A DNA stretch of 63,782 nt from Deltaproteobacteria bacterium (lineage in GTDB: Bacteria > Desulfobacterota > Syntrophia > Syntrophales > UBA2210): NCBI GenBank assembly GCA_016930775.1, contig JAFGGB010000112.1, positions 1 to 63,782 of the forward strand. Direction: 5' to 3'. The position numbers were made by a program, and so were the translations under genes. Positions 25,756 to 36,883 of this stretch are shown here, one piece after another. Position 1 is the first letter of the stretch. Every line of letters begins with the position of its first letter. The notes beneath the pieces are model-generated. The model was not told where the DNA came from. It saw nothing but the letters and a program-made list of their open reading frames with translations, and made no database searches.

Positions 25756-27939
25756 CTAAAAGGATGGCGCCCGCGCCGAGGCTTCGCCTATTGTGCCGAG
25801 ACCCAAGAGGTTCAGCATAAGCATGTAGCGGCGGTCGCCGGGTTGATCGGAGTAGATCAATGAGAGCGACCAGCATTGTCGACGGATTTCAAGCCCATAG
25901 CTCTGATCGAGGGTTCTGTCCTCCAAGAGACTTCGTCTGTAAATGTAACTCGCATCGAGAGCATCGACTATTCTTACTCTGGCCGAAAGGTTGACTTCCT
26001 CTATGGAAGAACGGGAATATCGGTACTCGGCGGAAAGAACGTCGCCTCTCGCGTCGCTGACCGCCAGGTAACAGTTCGTAGCATTCCAGTCGCCGCTGTA
26101 GGCATCGATCTGAAAATCGGCGTTGACCACAGCATAACGGCAAGGATCGATGGTGAGATCGACGAAGATGTCGCCGAGGGGTCTGCGTTCATCGCCGGCG
26201 CTCCTGAGAGACCTGGTGGATTCAAGGCAGTTATAAGTCTGGCTTATTTTGAGTCTCAGCAATTCCCTGTACGATGTAACGCCCGCCGAAAGATTTCGTC
26301 CGATAAGCGTTGTGAGCAGGGAATATATGATATCGCTTGACGAACCGATCTCATCGACGAAGTCCGGCCGGTCGTCCTGGCCCACAAGGGGCGTGTACCG
26401 GTATTCCACTTCCGGTTTCACGGAGTGCTTTAACCGTTCATAGCCGCCAAATCCTGCATCGAAAATACGGAAAATTTCCGTCGATGCGCGAACCCCTGCG
26501 GTAAAAAGCCCCCTGCTGCCGCCCATGTCTTCGGAGATCCCATCGGAATGACTGCTGTCCCAGGCTGTCCCGATGATCGTAACGTACGGCATCAGCTGCA
26601 CGGGAACATCCGGGCCAAGGGTGGCTGAAAAAGTGGGTCGAACATCGACTGTCTGTCCGCGGTATCCCTCCGTTCGGTAGAAATTATTATAGAGGGAATC
26701 GACTGCAAAGAGAACAGATGGACCGAAGAGAGATCTTGTCGGTACGGTCACGGCTATTTCGGGATAGCGCTGGAGCGTCCCGTCGTTGGAGTCGCTTTGA
26801 AGATTGTCCGCATACTGGGCGAAAACCGTGAGGTTAGCCGCCGGCCAATCCTTGACGAGCCGTGCCGACGAATCCAGAAAAGGCAGAGACTCGTCGGCCA
26901 AAAAGGAAACCCTGCCAAAGCGTTTCTCCTCGCCTTGAAGGTAGTGATCAAGATAGTAATTATAGGATTCGAAATCTCTGAAATACCAGGGATCGGAAAC
27001 CTTGCGGAGATCCGTCCTGAAGAACCATCCCGACGGCAAAGACGTCTCGTGGTTGACATACCATGACCAGCGGTCCTCGCCGTCTGTCCATGACCGTTCA
27101 AGGCCTGTGGGATTAACTTCGATCACTTTTTTATTATCGCGAAGCCAGTCGCCATAGACTGTGCCGAACGAGCGATCTCCGACGACATACCGAACCTCCA
27201 CTCCCTCCTGAAAACCCCGTTTGTCCATATATCTCTGGTAGAATGTGGCATCGGCGCTATCCGAAAACGCCCAGTAGAAGGGAAGAACGATGTCCCAGCC
27301 ATGTTTGTCCTGAGAATAGGTGATCCGAGGGAAGAGCAGTCCCGACTGCCGCGTCGTTTTCGCCGGAAAGATGAGGTAGGGAAGGTAGAGTACGGGAACG
27401 TTCTTCACCTGGAAGGTCATGTCTTTGACGAACCCGTAACCGTCGACGGTAACGTCAACCTCCTTGCCGCTGAAACGCCAGTCGGGGCGCGCTCCGTCAC
27501 AGGAGCTCACCGTTGCGTCAGTGGCGTAGTACGACTGATCAGCCGTCCTGGCAATCGTTGATCCTGTGATGTAAAGATGATTCTCATGGAAAAAAAGCTG
27601 ACCGTTCGTCAGCAGGGCTCTTTCTGTAAGGACGTTATATGTGGCGCGGCCGGCGCTGAGCACATCGCCGTCTTTTGTAAGTTCGACGGACCCCTCGGCA
27701 TCGATTGACCCGGACGATTCCTCGTAAATGATTTTATCGGCCGTAAGACGTCCGCCATCATAGGATACTTCCACGTTGCCTTCGGCTCTATACCGTTTAT
27801 TGTCGCTTTCATAGCTTAAAGAGTCGGCTTGGATCGTTACCGGGGTCTGAAGGGCCGCCGGGTCTGCACCGTAAACCCCCTCGGAAATACCGACGGCGAT
27901 GAAAGCAAAAATAAGAAGGATGGCTGCAGGTCCTCTCAC
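25756..27939 (-). CDS. lptD: LPS assembly protein LptD
   Basis: Signal peptide, OstA-like N-terminus, SSC..PDW, P.LYLPY..P...RQSGLLFP, RQCW near the C-terminus; downstream of folC. Confidence 0.85.
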   Translation of the reverse strand: MRGPAAILLIFAFIAVGISEGVYGADPAALQTPVTIQADSLSYESDNKRYRAEGNVEVSYDGGRLTADKIIYEESSGSIDAEGSVELTKDGDVLSAGRATYNVLTERALLTNGQLFFHENHLYITGSTIARTADQSYYATDATVSSCDGARPDWRFSGKEVDVTVDGYGFVKDMTFQVKNVPVLYLPYLIFPAKTTRQSGLLFPRITYSQDKHGWDIVLPFYWAFSDSADATFYQRYMDKRGFQEGVEVRYVVGDRSFGTVYGDWLRDNKKVIEVNPTGLERSWTDGEDRWSWYVNHETSLPSGWFFRTDLRKVSDPWYFRDFESYNYYLDHYLQGEEKRFGRVSFLADESLPFLDSSARLVKDWPAANLTVFAQYADNLQSDSNDGTLQRYPEIAVTVPTRSLFGPSVLFAVDSLYNNFYRTEGYRGQTVDVRPTFSATLGPDVPVQLMPYVTIIGTAWDSSHSDGISEDMGGSRGLFTAGVRASTEIFRIFDAGFGGYERLKHSVKPEVEYRYTPLVGQDDRPDFVDEIGSSSDIIYSLLTTLIGRNLSAGVTSYRELLRLKISQTYNCLESTRSLRSAGDERRPLGDIFVDLTIDPCRYAVVNADFQIDAYSGDWNATNCYLAVSDARGDVLSAEYRYSRSSIEEVNLSARVRIVDALDASYIYRRSLLEDRTLDQSYGLEIRRQCWSLSLIYSDQPGDRRYMLMLNLLGLGTIGEASARAPSF

Positions 27940-28012
27940 GGGGAATCTCCTTCAGATTCAATCAAGATTTCAACAACAAGGAGGTTGCGGTTGTGTACAT
28001 ATCATAATCCGA

Positions 28013-29281
28013 TCAGTTGCAAAAGAATAAAGGAAATGAAGCCCGCAGCGCGCCCACGAGGTAGAGCGATCCTGTAATGCAGATGAGATCGCCGTCGGCG
28101 GCTTCTTTACAGGCGAGTCGGAGTGCGTCCTGGCAGTCGTATTCAACGTCGATCCATCGATGACGCTCTGCGGCAACGGATGCAAGCACAGCAGGATCGA
28201 GACCGCGAGGTTCCGGGGGCCTTGTAAAAATAAGCCTCGCAGCCGTTCGGCAGAGACGCCTGACCATTGTCCGATAACCCTTGTCCCGGAGAACGCCGGC
28301 GATGAAGATAATGCGTTTGCCCGGATAATACTCGATGAGCGAGCGACACAGCGCTTCAATGCCGGCCGGATTGTGAGCTCCATCGGCAATTATAAGAGGT
28401 CTATCGGACAGCACTTCGAACCGGCCGGGCCAACAGACCTTCGACAACCCTTCTCTGAGGGATTTTTCAGAGACAGGAAAACCTGTGCGCTTCAGCGCTT
28501 CAATTGCCGTTATGGCAAGTCCTGCGTTGTCGACCTGGTGGAGGCCGCGCAAACCTGAAACAATTCTGCCATAGCAGGAAGTCGACCCTCTATACGTGAA
28601 ACTGCCATCCTCGTGACGGCCGACACGAAAATCACGACCTCTCTGGTACAGCCGGGCATGTCGTTCAAGGGCCGTATTTTCGATGATGCCGCGGGCGGGA
28701 TTCCGCCGCACTCCTGAAATAACGACGGCGCCTCCTTTTATTATGCCTGCCTTTTCGGCGGCAATTGCGGCAAGGGTCCTGCCTAGATAATCCTGATGAT
28801 CAAGACCTATTGTCGTTATGACGGAAAGCTTTGCAGGGGCTACATTCGTTGCGTCATACCGACCGCCCATCCCCACCTCAAGAACGGCGACATCGACGGG
28901 CCTTCTGGAGAAATAGATAAAGGCGAGCGCCGTGGCGAATTCAAAATAGGTAATGTCTTCTCCAACAAAGGAACGGAAAGCGCTCACAAGCGCAGAGAGG
29001 TCGTCGGCGGAAATCGGCTCGCCGTTAATACATATTCGTTCGCGGAAATCAGAGAGATGTGGAGAAGTATAGAGACCAACGGCATATCCTGCACTATGGA
29101 GGACCGAGGCGATCATTGCCGATACCGATCCTTTGCCATTGGTGCCGCCGATCAACACCGATGGAACTTTCAGTTGCGGATCTCCGATTGAGGCAAGAAA
29201 ACGCGAAACAGCCTCGAGGCCAGGACGTATGCCACGGACAGAGAGTGTGTGAAGAAAATCCACGGCATCGTTTTTGATCAT
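28013..29281 (-). CDS. folC: Folylpolyglutamate synthase / dihydrofolate synthase
   Basis: GTNGKGS, YTSPHL, EVGMGGRYDATN, WPGRFE, DGAHNP, GSLYLVG. Confidence 0.97.
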   Translation of the reverse strand: MIKNDAVDFLHTLSVRGIRPGLEAVSRFLASIGDPQLKVPSVLIGGTNGKGSVSAMIASVLHSAGYAVGLYTSPHLSDFRERICINGEPISADDLSALVSAFRSFVGEDITYFEFATALAFIYFSRRPVDVAVLEVGMGGRYDATNVAPAKLSVITTIGLDHQDYLGRTLAAIAAEKAGIIKGGAVVISGVRRNPARGIIENTALERHARLYQRGRDFRVGRHEDGSFTYRGSTSCYGRIVSGLRGLHQVDNAGLAITAIEALKRTGFPVSEKSLREGLSKVCWPGRFEVLSDRPLIIADGAHNPAGIEALCRSLIEYYPGKRIIFIAGVLRDKGYRTMVRRLCRTAARLIFTRPPEPRGLDPAVLASVAAERHRWIDVEYDCQDALRLACKEAADGDLICITGSLYLVGALRASFPLFFCN

Positions 29282-29354
29282 CGGGATGTCCGATTAAAAA
29301 CCATGGAAGTTCCCGGGAACTTCCATGGCCGAGACTCGAAGGGTTAAATATCAA

Positions 29355-29615
29355 TTATCCAGGGGTTGCCTTGAACATCTCGTCTCCTGGACGAACCCTG
29401 TCGCTGACCTTGATGCCGATAAAATCACCGGGAACCGCCCTGGCGACCTGCTGATTGTTAACCTCCATGGAATCGACGGTCTGCTCAAAATCAGTCGTGT
29501 GCCCCATGAATTTTATTGTATCGCCGACAGCAAGCTCTCCTGCGGTTATCTTAACGGCGGCGACGCTCGGTTTAGTAAAAAATTTGACTACCTCTCCGAC
29601 TTTTTCCTCTGCCAT
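29355..29615 (-). CDS. Small stand-alone translation-factor-like beta-barrel protein
   Basis: GGAGG RBS; VGEVVKFF...GELAVGDTI.F.GHTTDFEQTVDSME...GIKV..RVRPGD pattern (EF-Tu domain II / U32 C-terminal-like). Confidence 0.8.
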   Translation of the reverse strand: MAEEKVGEVVKFFTKPSVAAVKITAGELAVGDTIKFMGHTTDFEQTVDSMEVNNQQVARAVPGDFIGIKVSDRVRPGDEMFKATPG

Positions 29616-29731
29616 GATTCACCCTCCTTGCGAAGCTGATCAGTGCGCGACGTTGGCAACAGTCGTTGCGGCTTTCTGAAACTATTCTTTACAGTATCGG
29701 TGTATATCGGAGGTGAGGAAAAATCAAGATG

Positions 29732-29763
29732 AAAAAGGGGTAAGGATCGGATCCCTTACCCCT
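29732..29763 (-). terminator. Rho-independent terminator of the alpha operon
   Basis: GGGGTAAGG / CCTTACCCC stem with a T-tract on the minus strand, just after rplQ. Confidence 0.88.
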
Positions 29764-29790
29764 CATTGCGGCGAGTTGCTGCTGAACAAA

Positions 29791-30294
29791 TTATTTTGCT
29801 TCTGGAGCTGCCTGCTGGCTTTCCTCTTTCGTCTTTGTTTCTGGAGCCTTCGTTTTCTTCTTGCCCTGGGATCGTCTTACGGGTTTTTGAGTGGCTTTCT
29901 TCTCTTTTTTAACTCCCGCTTTCTCGGCAGTCTTTCCTTCTGCGGGAATCAGTTCAATAACGGAGAGCAGAGCATTGTCGCCAGGCCGCTCGGCTTTTTT
30001 CATGATCCTGGTATAACCGCCTGCACGCTCACGATAGCGGTCCGAAAGTTCGTCAAACACTTTTGCTGCCACGGCCGTATCGCGAATGAATGCCAAGGCT
30101 TTTCGCCTGGCATGCAGACTGCCCTTCTTGCCGAGTGTTATCATTTTCTCGGCGACGCTCCGCAGAACTTTTGCTTTGGCGTCGGTAGTCGTTATCTTCT
30201 CATGCCTGAAGAGAGACGTCACCATATTTCTGAGCATAGCTCTCCGGTGACTTGATGTCCGTCCCAGTTTTTTAGTTGCATTCCTGTGACGCAT
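29791..30294 (-). CDS. rplQ: 50S ribosomal protein L17 with Lys-rich C-terminal tail
   Basis: [24 protein letters not shown]. Confidence 0.98.
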   Translation of the reverse strand: MRHRNATKKLGRTSSHRRAMLRNMVTSLFRHEKITTTDAKAKVLRSVAEKMITLGKKGSLHARRKALAFIRDTAVAAKVFDELSDRYRERAGGYTRIMKKAERPGDNALLSVIELIPAEGKTAEKAGVKKEKKATQKPVRRSQGKKKTKAPETKTKEESQQAAPEAK

Positions 30295-30321
30295 GATCCC
30301 CTATTCCTTTCAACAATATCA

Positions 30322-31317
30322 CTATTCTTCGTCGTTCTGAATCGATTCGGGAGAAAAATCTATTTTCATTCCCAGGGATAGTCCCATTTCGCCAAGCATG
30401 TCTTTTATTTCGTTCAGGGACTTTCTTCCAAAGTTCTTCGTCTTCAACATCTCCAACTCAGTCTTCTGAACCAATTCTCCTATGAACTGAATGCCTGCAT
30501 TTTTCAAGCAGTTAGCAGAGCGAACCGAAAGTTCCAGCTCGTCAACGCTCTTGAAAAGGTTCTCATTCAGTTCATCCAGATTGTCTATTCTCTCCGAGTC
30601 TCCGAATTCATCGGATTCATCAAAGTTGATGAATGCGTCGAGCTGATCCTTCAGTATTTTTGCTGCATAGGCTACCGCATCCTCGGGATAAACACTGCCG
30701 TCCGTCCATACTTCCATTGAAAGACGGTCGTAGTCAGTCATCTGACCCACTCGCGCATTTGTTACGGTATGGGTTACCTTCCTGATCGGTGAAAAGGATG
30801 CGTCGATATTGATTGTTCCCTCAGGTTGATCAACCTCGGGATCCCGGTTCGCCGGCACATATCCCTTACCCAATTTTACAACCATTTCTGCCTTCAAATG
30901 GCCCTTTTCTGAAAGGGTTGCAATATAGTGATCTGGATTGAGAACCTCGACATTTCCGTCTGTCTTGATGTCTCGAGCCCTTATCTCGCCCGGTTTCGTG
31001 ACATCGAAATAAATCTTCCGCTTCTCCTCGCCATGAAGTTTAAGGCGCACTTCCTTCAAGTTCATGATTATGTTGATCACGTCTTCTTTGACGCCCGGAA
31101 TAGTTGAAAACTCATGGTGCACGCCGTCAAACCGCACCGACACGATTGCTGCTCCGTGAATCGACGAGAGGAGAACTCGCCTTATTGAATTTCCAAGGGT
31201 TGTACCGAACCCCTTTTCCAGCGGTTGACAGTCGAATTCACCGTAAAAGGGCGTGTGCGTCTTCTCGTCGACTTCGATACGCTTCGGTTTTATAAGGCTC
31301 CGCCAATTTCTCTGCAT
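30322..31317 (-). CDS. rpoA: RNA polymerase subunit alpha
   Basis: [34 protein letters not shown]. Confidence 0.99.
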   Translation of the reverse strand: MQRNWRSLIKPKRIEVDEKTHTPFYGEFDCQPLEKGFGTTLGNSIRRVLLSSIHGAAIVSVRFDGVHHEFSTIPGVKEDVINIIMNLKEVRLKLHGEEKRKIYFDVTKPGEIRARDIKTDGNVEVLNPDHYIATLSEKGHLKAEMVVKLGKGYVPANRDPEVDQPEGTINIDASFSPIRKVTHTVTNARVGQMTDYDRLSMEVWTDGSVYPEDAVAYAAKILKDQLDAFINFDESDEFGDSERIDNLDELNENLFKSVDELELSVRSANCLKNAGIQFIGELVQKTELEMLKTKNFGRKSLNEIKDMLGEMGLSLGMKIDFSPESIQNDEE

Positions 31318-31351
31318 CGTCTACATTCCTCGTTTGCTTTCGGTGCTCTTT

Positions 31352-31395
31352 CTTGGAGTAAAATTCCACCACTACTTGGAGTAAAATTCCACCAC
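31352..31395. repeat. 21-bp perfect direct repeat duplicating the rpsD 3' end
   Basis: CTTGGAGTAAAATTCCACCAC at 31352-31372 and 31375-31395. Confidence 0.92.
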
Positions 31396-31998
31396 CAATT
31401 GTTCCTGGATCGGCATAGTCAATTCTTCACGGGTCGGCAGTACCTTAACTTTTCCCAGGAAGTTGGTTTTGTCGAGTTCGAGCCACTGGGGCACGCCCCG
31501 ACGGGCTACCGTTTCCATAGCTTCAATAATCCGGGTCATAGAACGGCTTTTCTCCTTCACCTGAATGGCATCTCCCACCCTGACCAGATAGGAGGGGATA
31601 TTCACCTTCCTGCCATTGACAGTGAAGTGGTTGTGCAGGACGAGTTGCCTCGCTTCGTTCCTCGAATTCGCAAAACCCAGGCGATATACCATATTGTCAA
31701 GCCGCTGCTCCAGAAGGAGAAGGAGGTGGGTGCCCGTCACGCCTTTTCGGCGTTCGGCTTCCTCGAAGTATCTCCGGAAGGTGTTTTCCACCAGACCAAA
31801 GATCCTTTTCAATCTCTGCTTCTCCCGGAGCTGGATTCCATAGTCAGATTTTTTTCTCCGAAGTTGGCCATGCTCACCCGGTGCATAGTTCCTGCGCTCA
31901 AAGGCGCATTTCTCTGTATAGCAACGATCCCCCTTCAAAAAGAGCTTGGAACCCTCGCCTCTACAGAGCCGGCATAATGATTCATTATAACGTGCCAA
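31372..31998 (-). CDS. rpsD: 30S ribosomal protein S4
   Basis: MARY...[28 protein letters not shown]. Confidence 0.99.
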   Translation of the reverse strand: MARYNESLCRLCRGEGSKLFLKGDRCYTEKCAFERRNYAPGEHGQLRRKKSDYGIQLREKQRLKRIFGLVENTFRRYFEEAERRKGVTGTHLLLLLEQRLDNMVYRLGFANSRNEARQLVLHNHFTVNGRKVNIPSYLVRVGDAIQVKEKSRSMTRIIEAMETVARRGVPQWLELDKTNFLGKVKVLPTREELTMPIQEQLVVEFYSK

Positions 31999-32043
31999 AG
32001 CAGTCCTCCCTGTTAACCAGAGTCATTGAATGTAAGATTCTCC

Positions 32044-32436
32044 TCAGACGCGGCGGCGTTTCGGCGGCCGACAGCCATTATGAGGGATTGGGGTCACATC
32101 CTTTATCATTGTAACTGTCACTCCGGCGGCTTGAATGGCTCTCAAGGCCGCTTCTCTTCCGGCGCCGGGACCTGTAAGGTATACCTTTACTGTCCTGAGA
32201 CCAAAAACCCTTGCTTTCTTCACTGCATCGGCAGCCGTCATTTGGGCGGCGAAAGGAGTGCTCTTTCGTGACCCTTTGAAATTATTCACACCCGCCGATG
32301 ACCACGAAATAACATTCCCGGAAAGGTCGGTAATCGTCACGACCGTATTGTTAAAGGTCGATTGTATATGAGCGATACCCTCGGTAATATTTTTCTTTTC
32401 TTTTCTCTTAGCCGTTCTCTGAGTGGGCCGGGCCAT
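32044..32436 (-). CDS. rpsK: 30S ribosomal protein S11
   Basis: [28 protein letters not shown]. Confidence 0.99.
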   Translation of the reverse strand: MARPTQRTAKRKEKKNITEGIAHIQSTFNNTVVTITDLSGNVISWSSAGVNNFKGSRKSTPFAAQMTAADAVKKARVFGLRTVKVYLTGPGAGREAALRAIQAAGVTVTMIKDVTPIPHNGCRPPKRRRV

Positions 32437-32445
32437 GTTTCCTCC

Positions 32446-32814
32446 TTACTTCTTGCGTCCGCCTATGGCGCGTCGTGGTCCTTTTCTCGTACGGGCGTTC
32501 GTCTTTGTTCGCTGACCCCGTGCCGGAAGACCCCTGCGATGCCTGAGTCCTCGATATGCGCCGATGTCCATGAGTCTTTTTATCGACATCGCAATTTCTC
32601 TGCGGAGGTCGCCTTCGACCTTATGACTCTTATCTATTTCCCGCCGGACCGCGGAGACTTCATCGTCCAGGAGATCTTCCGTCTTCTTCCCCGGATTGAC
32701 CCCTGCGTTCCTCAATATCTCCAGGGCCGTAGTGCGCCCTATCCCATAGATATAGGTTAGGGCTATTTCTAAACGCTTGTTCTTTGGCAAATCAACGCCA
32801 GCTATTCGAGCCAC
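32446..32814 (-). CDS. rpsM: 30S ribosomal protein S13
   Basis: [30 protein letters not shown]. Confidence 0.99.
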   Translation of the reverse strand: MARIAGVDLPKNKRLEIALTYIYGIGRTTALEILRNAGVNPGKKTEDLLDDEVSAVRREIDKSHKVEGDLRREIAMSIKRLMDIGAYRGLRHRRGLPARGQRTKTNARTRKGPRRAIGGRKK

Positions 32815-32833
32815 GTGGTAAACCTCCTGTTGA

Positions 32834-32947
32834 TCAACCTTGCCGCTGCTTGTGCTTCGGGTTCTCGCAGATCACCCTGACTACACCGCACCGCCTGATG
32901 ATTTTACACTTCTCGCACATCTTTTTTACTGATGAACGCACTTTCAC
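32834..32947 (-). CDS. rpmJ: 50S ribosomal protein L36
   Basis: Below the ORF-track cutoff; manual translation from GTG: [37 protein letters not shown]. Confidence 0.97.
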   Translation of the reverse strand: MKVRSSVKKMCEKCKIIRRCGVVRVICENPKHKQRQG

Positions 32948-32972
32948 TGTTTTGACTCCGTTTCGTCACCTG

Positions 32973-33191
32973 TTATTTGGCGCGATAGACGATTCTGCCA
33001 CGCGTCAGATCATAGGGGGAAAGTTCCACCGTCACCCGGTCTCCGGGCAGGATCTTAATATAGTGCATCCTCATCTTTCCCGATATATGCGCAAGGACGC
33101 GGTGCCCATTATCTAACTCAACGCGAAACATGGCGTTAGGGAGGGGTTCAAGTACTTTTCCTTCAACAACAATTGAGTCCTCTTTAGCCAT
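32973..33191 (-). CDS. infA: Translation initiation factor IF-1
   Basis: [28 protein letters not shown]. Confidence 0.99.
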   Translation of the reverse strand: MAKEDSIVVEGKVLEPLPNAMFRVELDNGHRVLAHISGKMRMHYIKILPGDRVTVELSPYDLTRGRIVYRAK

Positions 33192-33228
33192 ATACTGTTA
33201 CTGTTCCTCTCGCTCTCTTGCGGGCATT

Positions 33229-33984
33229 TCAGTTGCCATCCACGGCGCTCAAAACTATTGCACCCCTGCTCGTTACGGCAACGGTGTGCTCAAAATGAGC
33301 GGAGAGCTTGCCATCCCGTGTCACCACTGTCCATTCATCCTCTTTTACCTTCACCTCGTAAGATCCCTCATTTACCATCGGCTCGATCGCAAGAACCATC
33401 CCTTCCTTCAGTTCGATGCCCCGTCCTTTCCGCCCGTAATTTGGAACTGGCGGTTCCTCGTGGAGCTCTCTGCCTATGCCGTGACCGACGAAGTCTCTCA
33501 CGACAGAATATCCGGCCGTTTCTACGCATCGCTGAACGGCTGATGACACATCGCCGATTCTGTTGCCCGGCCGCACGTTCTTAATAGCCGCGGCAAGAGA
33601 CTCCCTCGTCACTGCAATGAGCCTTGCGGCATTAGCCGATATCTGTCCCACGGCTGCCGTAAGGGCCGCATCGCCGTAGAAACCTTTATAAAAGATCCCG
33701 AAGTCAAGACTTATAATATCCCCCTCTTTAAGTTCCCGATCCGAGGGCATTCCGTGCACAACTTCCTCGTTCATCGAGGTGCATAAAGAAAAGGGGTAGC
33801 CTCTGTAGCCCTTGAAGGCCGGGACTGCGCCTTTTCGACGGGCGCCTTCCTCCGCATACGCGTCAAGATCAATGGTTCTGACGCCCGGCTTGACCAACTC
33901 CGCAAGTCCGGCAAGAATTTCCGCAACAATCATGTTGCTCTGCCGAATCTGCTCAATCTCCTCCTCGGACTTCAGTATTACCAT
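33229..33984 (-). CDS. map: Type I methionine aminopeptidase
   Basis: VVHGMP, GFYGDAA, GHGIG..LHEEP, AIEPM, SAHFEHT. Confidence 0.98.
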   Translation of the reverse strand: MVILKSEEEIEQIRQSNMIVAEILAGLAELVKPGVRTIDLDAYAEEGARRKGAVPAFKGYRGYPFSLCTSMNEEVVHGMPSDRELKEGDIISLDFGIFYKGFYGDAALTAAVGQISANAARLIAVTRESLAAAIKNVRPGNRIGDVSSAVQRCVETAGYSVVRDFVGHGIGRELHEEPPVPNYGRKGRGIELKEGMVLAIEPMVNEGSYEVKVKEDEWTVVTRDGKLSAHFEHTVAVTSRGAIVLSAVDGN

Positions 33985-34014
33985 TGACGGCCTTCCGGCG
34001 GCAGCATCTTCACC

Positions 34015-35322
34015 TTACCGTCTTTTCCCTACACGGCCCTTTTTCATAAACCCCTCGTACTGCCGCGTCAGAAGGTGCGTCTCGATCTGTCCCGCTGTAT
34101 CGAGCGCCACGCCAACGACAATCAAGAGAGCCGTGCCTCCGAAATAGAATGGCACGTTGAACCTGCTTATGAGAATGCTCGGCAGGACGCAAACGGCAGA
34201 CACATAGAGGGCGCCGCTGAAGGTCAGGCGCGACAAGATCCTGTCAATATATTCCGCCGTTCTCTTTCCCGGCCGGATTCCCGGCACATAGCCGCCGTAT
34301 TTTTTCATGTTATCAGCTACGTCGACGGGATTAAAGACTACAGCCGTGTAGAAATAACAGAAAAAAATGATAAAAACCACAAACAGCAGTTCATAGGCCG
34401 CCTGACCCGGCTGTAGAAAACCGGAAACGGCCTTCATCCAAGGATGAGGAACAAAGTTTGCGATGGTCGCCGGGAACATAATAATCGACGATGCAAAAAT
34501 CGGAGGAATGACTCCCGAAGTATTCAGTTTAAGTGGCAAATGCGTCGTCTGCCCTCCATACATTTTACGGCCTACGACACGTTTTGCATATTGAACTGGA
34601 ATGCGCCGCTGGCCGCTTTCCACATATACAATAAAACCCACGACGGCTACCATGAAAACAATCAGGAATACGGCAAAGAATATGCTCATTTCCCCGGTGG
34701 AAACAAGCCTCATGGTATTGACGATTCCCTCGGGACCTCGAGCAACGATTCCGGCAAAAATTATAAGAGATATGCCGTTTCCGATGCCTCGCTCAGTTAT
34801 CTGTTCTCCCAGCCACATGATGAAGGCTGTTCCCGCTGTCAGCGTAATAACCGTCATGAGACGGAACGCCCATCCGGGACTGATTACAACTGAAAGGCCC
34901 GATGGTCCTGCCATGTTCTCCAGACCGACGGCAATGCCGAACCCCTGAATGATGCTCAGCACGACGGTGCCATAGCGCGTGTACTGGGTTATCTTCCGCC
35001 GCCCCGCATCTCCTTCCTTCGACAATCGTTCGAGGTGAGGAATGACGATTGTGAGGAGCTGCAGGATAATCGACGCGCTTATGTAGGGCATGATGCCGAG
35101 AGCGAAGACTGACAAATTTCTTAAGGCGCCCCCGGCGAACATATCGAAAAGACCGAGAAGCGATCCCCGAGCCTGTTCGAAAAAGGCTGCCAGCGCCTGT
35201 GTATCGATGCCCGGCGTCGGTACGTGCGCGCCCACCCGGTAAACTGCCAGCAACAGGAACGTTAAAAGAATTCGCTTCTGCAGCTCCGGTATTTTTCCGA
35301 TATTACGAAGACCGCTTATCAC
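34015..35322 (-). CDS. secY: Preprotein translocase SecY
   Basis: [39 protein letters not shown]. Confidence 0.99.
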   Translation of the reverse strand: MISGLRNIGKIPELQKRILLTFLLLAVYRVGAHVPTPGIDTQALAAFFEQARGSLLGLFDMFAGGALRNLSVFALGIMPYISASIILQLLTIVIPHLERLSKEGDAGRRKITQYTRYGTVVLSIIQGFGIAVGLENMAGPSGLSVVISPGWAFRLMTVITLTAGTAFIMWLGEQITERGIGNGISLIIFAGIVARGPEGIVNTMRLVSTGEMSIFFAVFLIVFMVAVVGFIVYVESGQRRIPVQYAKRVVGRKMYGGQTTHLPLKLNTSGVIPPIFASSIIMFPATIANFVPHPWMKAVSGFLQPGQAAYELLFVVFIIFFCYFYTAVVFNPVDVADNMKKYGGYVPGIRPGKRTAEYIDRILSRLTFSGALYVSAVCVLPSILISRFNVPFYFGGTALLIVVGVALDTAGQIETHLLTRQYEGFMKKGRVGKRR

Positions 35323-35324
35323 CT

Positions 35325-35765
35325 TCAGATCACCTCAATTGTTCCGCCTGAAGCCTCTATTTTCTCACGCGCACTTTTGCTAAGGGCATGAACCTTCAGG
35401 GTTAGGGGGTAATCGATAGTGCCGTTTCCGAGTATTTTGAGAATATCGCCCCGCTTTTTGATAAGGCCGTTGCTCATCAGGGCGGCCATGTCAACCACGG
35501 AACCTTGAGGGAACCGATTAAGATCGCCGACGTTTACGGTTACGACATCCTTGCTGAAGTTGTTGTGGAACCCTCGCTTGGGAAGCCGCCTCGTCAGGGG
35601 CATTTGACCGCCTTCGAAAGAGGGAGACACACCGCCCCCCGAACGGGCATTTTGACCCTTAGCTCCCTTGCCGGACGTCCCGCCATGGCCGGAGCCGTCG
35701 CCTCGCCCAACTCTTTTTCTTTTATGCACCGCGCCCTTGGGCGGCTTCAGTTCGCTCAACTTCAT
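35325..35765 (-). CDS. rplO: 50S ribosomal protein L15
   Basis: [24 protein letters not shown]. Confidence 0.98.
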   Translation of the reverse strand: MKLSELKPPKGAVHKRKRVGRGDGSGHGGTSGKGAKGQNARSGGGVSPSFEGGQMPLTRRLPKRGFHNNFSKDVVTVNVGDLNRFPQGSVVDMAALMSNGLIKKRGDILKILGNGTIDYPLTLKVHALSKSAREKIEASGGTIEVI

Positions 35766-35777
35766 TGTGTCACACCC

Positions 35778-35960
35778 TTAAAGTTCTTCAACGGAAACCA
35801 AATGAGCCACCTTTGTAGCCATACCGCGGATCTCTCGAGCATCCTTGAGAATGACGCTTCCATTCATTTTTCTAAGTCCCAGGCCGCGAAGGACTTCACG
35901 CTGATTCTGCGGCATGCCGATAGGGCTCTTGACCAGAGTAATCTTGAGCTGTTTCTCCAC
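35778..35960 (-). CDS. rpmD: 50S ribosomal protein L30
   Basis: KITLVKSPIG, LGLRK; position between rpsE and rplO. Confidence 0.96.
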   Translation of the reverse strand: MEKQLKITLVKSPIGMPQNQREVLRGLGLRKMNGSVILKDAREIRGMATKVAHLVSVEEL

Positions 35961-35980
35961 GATTCTATCCTCGCCTCTAT

Positions 35981-36460
35981 CTAAAGTTCCTGTAGGGTTT
36001 TGCCCCTGACGATCGCTATCGTGTCTGGATTTTTCAGACGCTGCAACCCTTCCATGGTCGCCTTCACCAGGTTGTGGGGATTATGGGAACCAAGACACTT
36101 GGTAAGAATATTGCTCACCCCAACCACCTCGAGTATCGCCCGAACAGCGCCGCCTGCGATAAGTCCCGTTCCCGGGACTGCCGGCTTTAGAAGAACCTTC
36201 CCGGCGCCGAAATGGCCGATTACTTCGTGAGGCACCGTACCGCTCTGGAGCTCAATTTTCACCATGTTCTTCTTGGCCTGCTCCGTGCCCTTACGGATTG
36301 CCTCGGGAACCTCCTGGGCCTTGCCCAGACCGATGCCGACGGAACCCTGTCCGTCTCCGACAGTTACGAGGGCGCTGAATCTGAATCGCCGGCCGCCTTT
36401 GACGACTTTCGCCGTTCTCTTGATTTTGATTACCTTGTCGAGCAATTCCTTATCTTCCAT
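35981..36460 (-). CDS. rpsE: 30S ribosomal protein S5
   Basis: [28 protein letters not shown]. Confidence 0.98.
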   Translation of the reverse strand: MEDKELLDKVIKIKRTAKVVKGGRRFRFSALVTVGDGQGSVGIGLGKAQEVPEAIRKGTEQAKKNMVKIELQSGTVPHEVIGHFGAGKVLLKPAVPGTGLIAGGAVRAILEVVGVSNILTKCLGSHNPHNLVKATMEGLQRLKNPDTIAIVRGKTLQEL

Positions 36461-36491
36461 AACTCCTGTTCCATCGCGTGCCTGTTATGAT

Positions 36492-36860
36492 CTACATTTT
36501 GATTCCGGCTTCCCGCACCGCTTCCGCAAGGGCTTTCACCCTGCCATGATACAAAAACCGTCCCCTGTCGAACACGGCTGCGGTTATATTACGCTCGATC
36601 AACCGCTTTCCCATGAGTGCGCCCACCTTCTTAGCTGCATCGACCTTGTTCAATCCTCCCAGGGCGCCCTTAAACTCGCTGCTCAATGAGGATGCCTCGG
36701 CCAAGGTTTGTCCTTTGCTATCATCGATGGCCTGCACGTAAATGTATCGGGACGTCCTGAAAACCGAGAGCCGGGGCCGTTCCACGGTACCCTGTATGCG
36801 GCTGCGAACTCGATTCACTCGCCGCATTCTCACCTTCTTCAATTTCTTAACCGATGCCAC
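36492..36860 (-). CDS. rplR: 50S ribosomal protein L18
   Basis: [19 protein letters not shown]. Confidence 0.98.
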   Translation of the reverse strand: MASVKKLKKVRMRRVNRVRSRIQGTVERPRLSVFRTSRYIYVQAIDDSKGQTLAEASSLSSEFKGALGGLNKVDAAKKVGALMGKRLIERNITAAVFDRGRFLYHGRVKALAEAVREAGIKM

Positions 36861-36883
36861 AGCGTTATAACTCCTCTATAATA

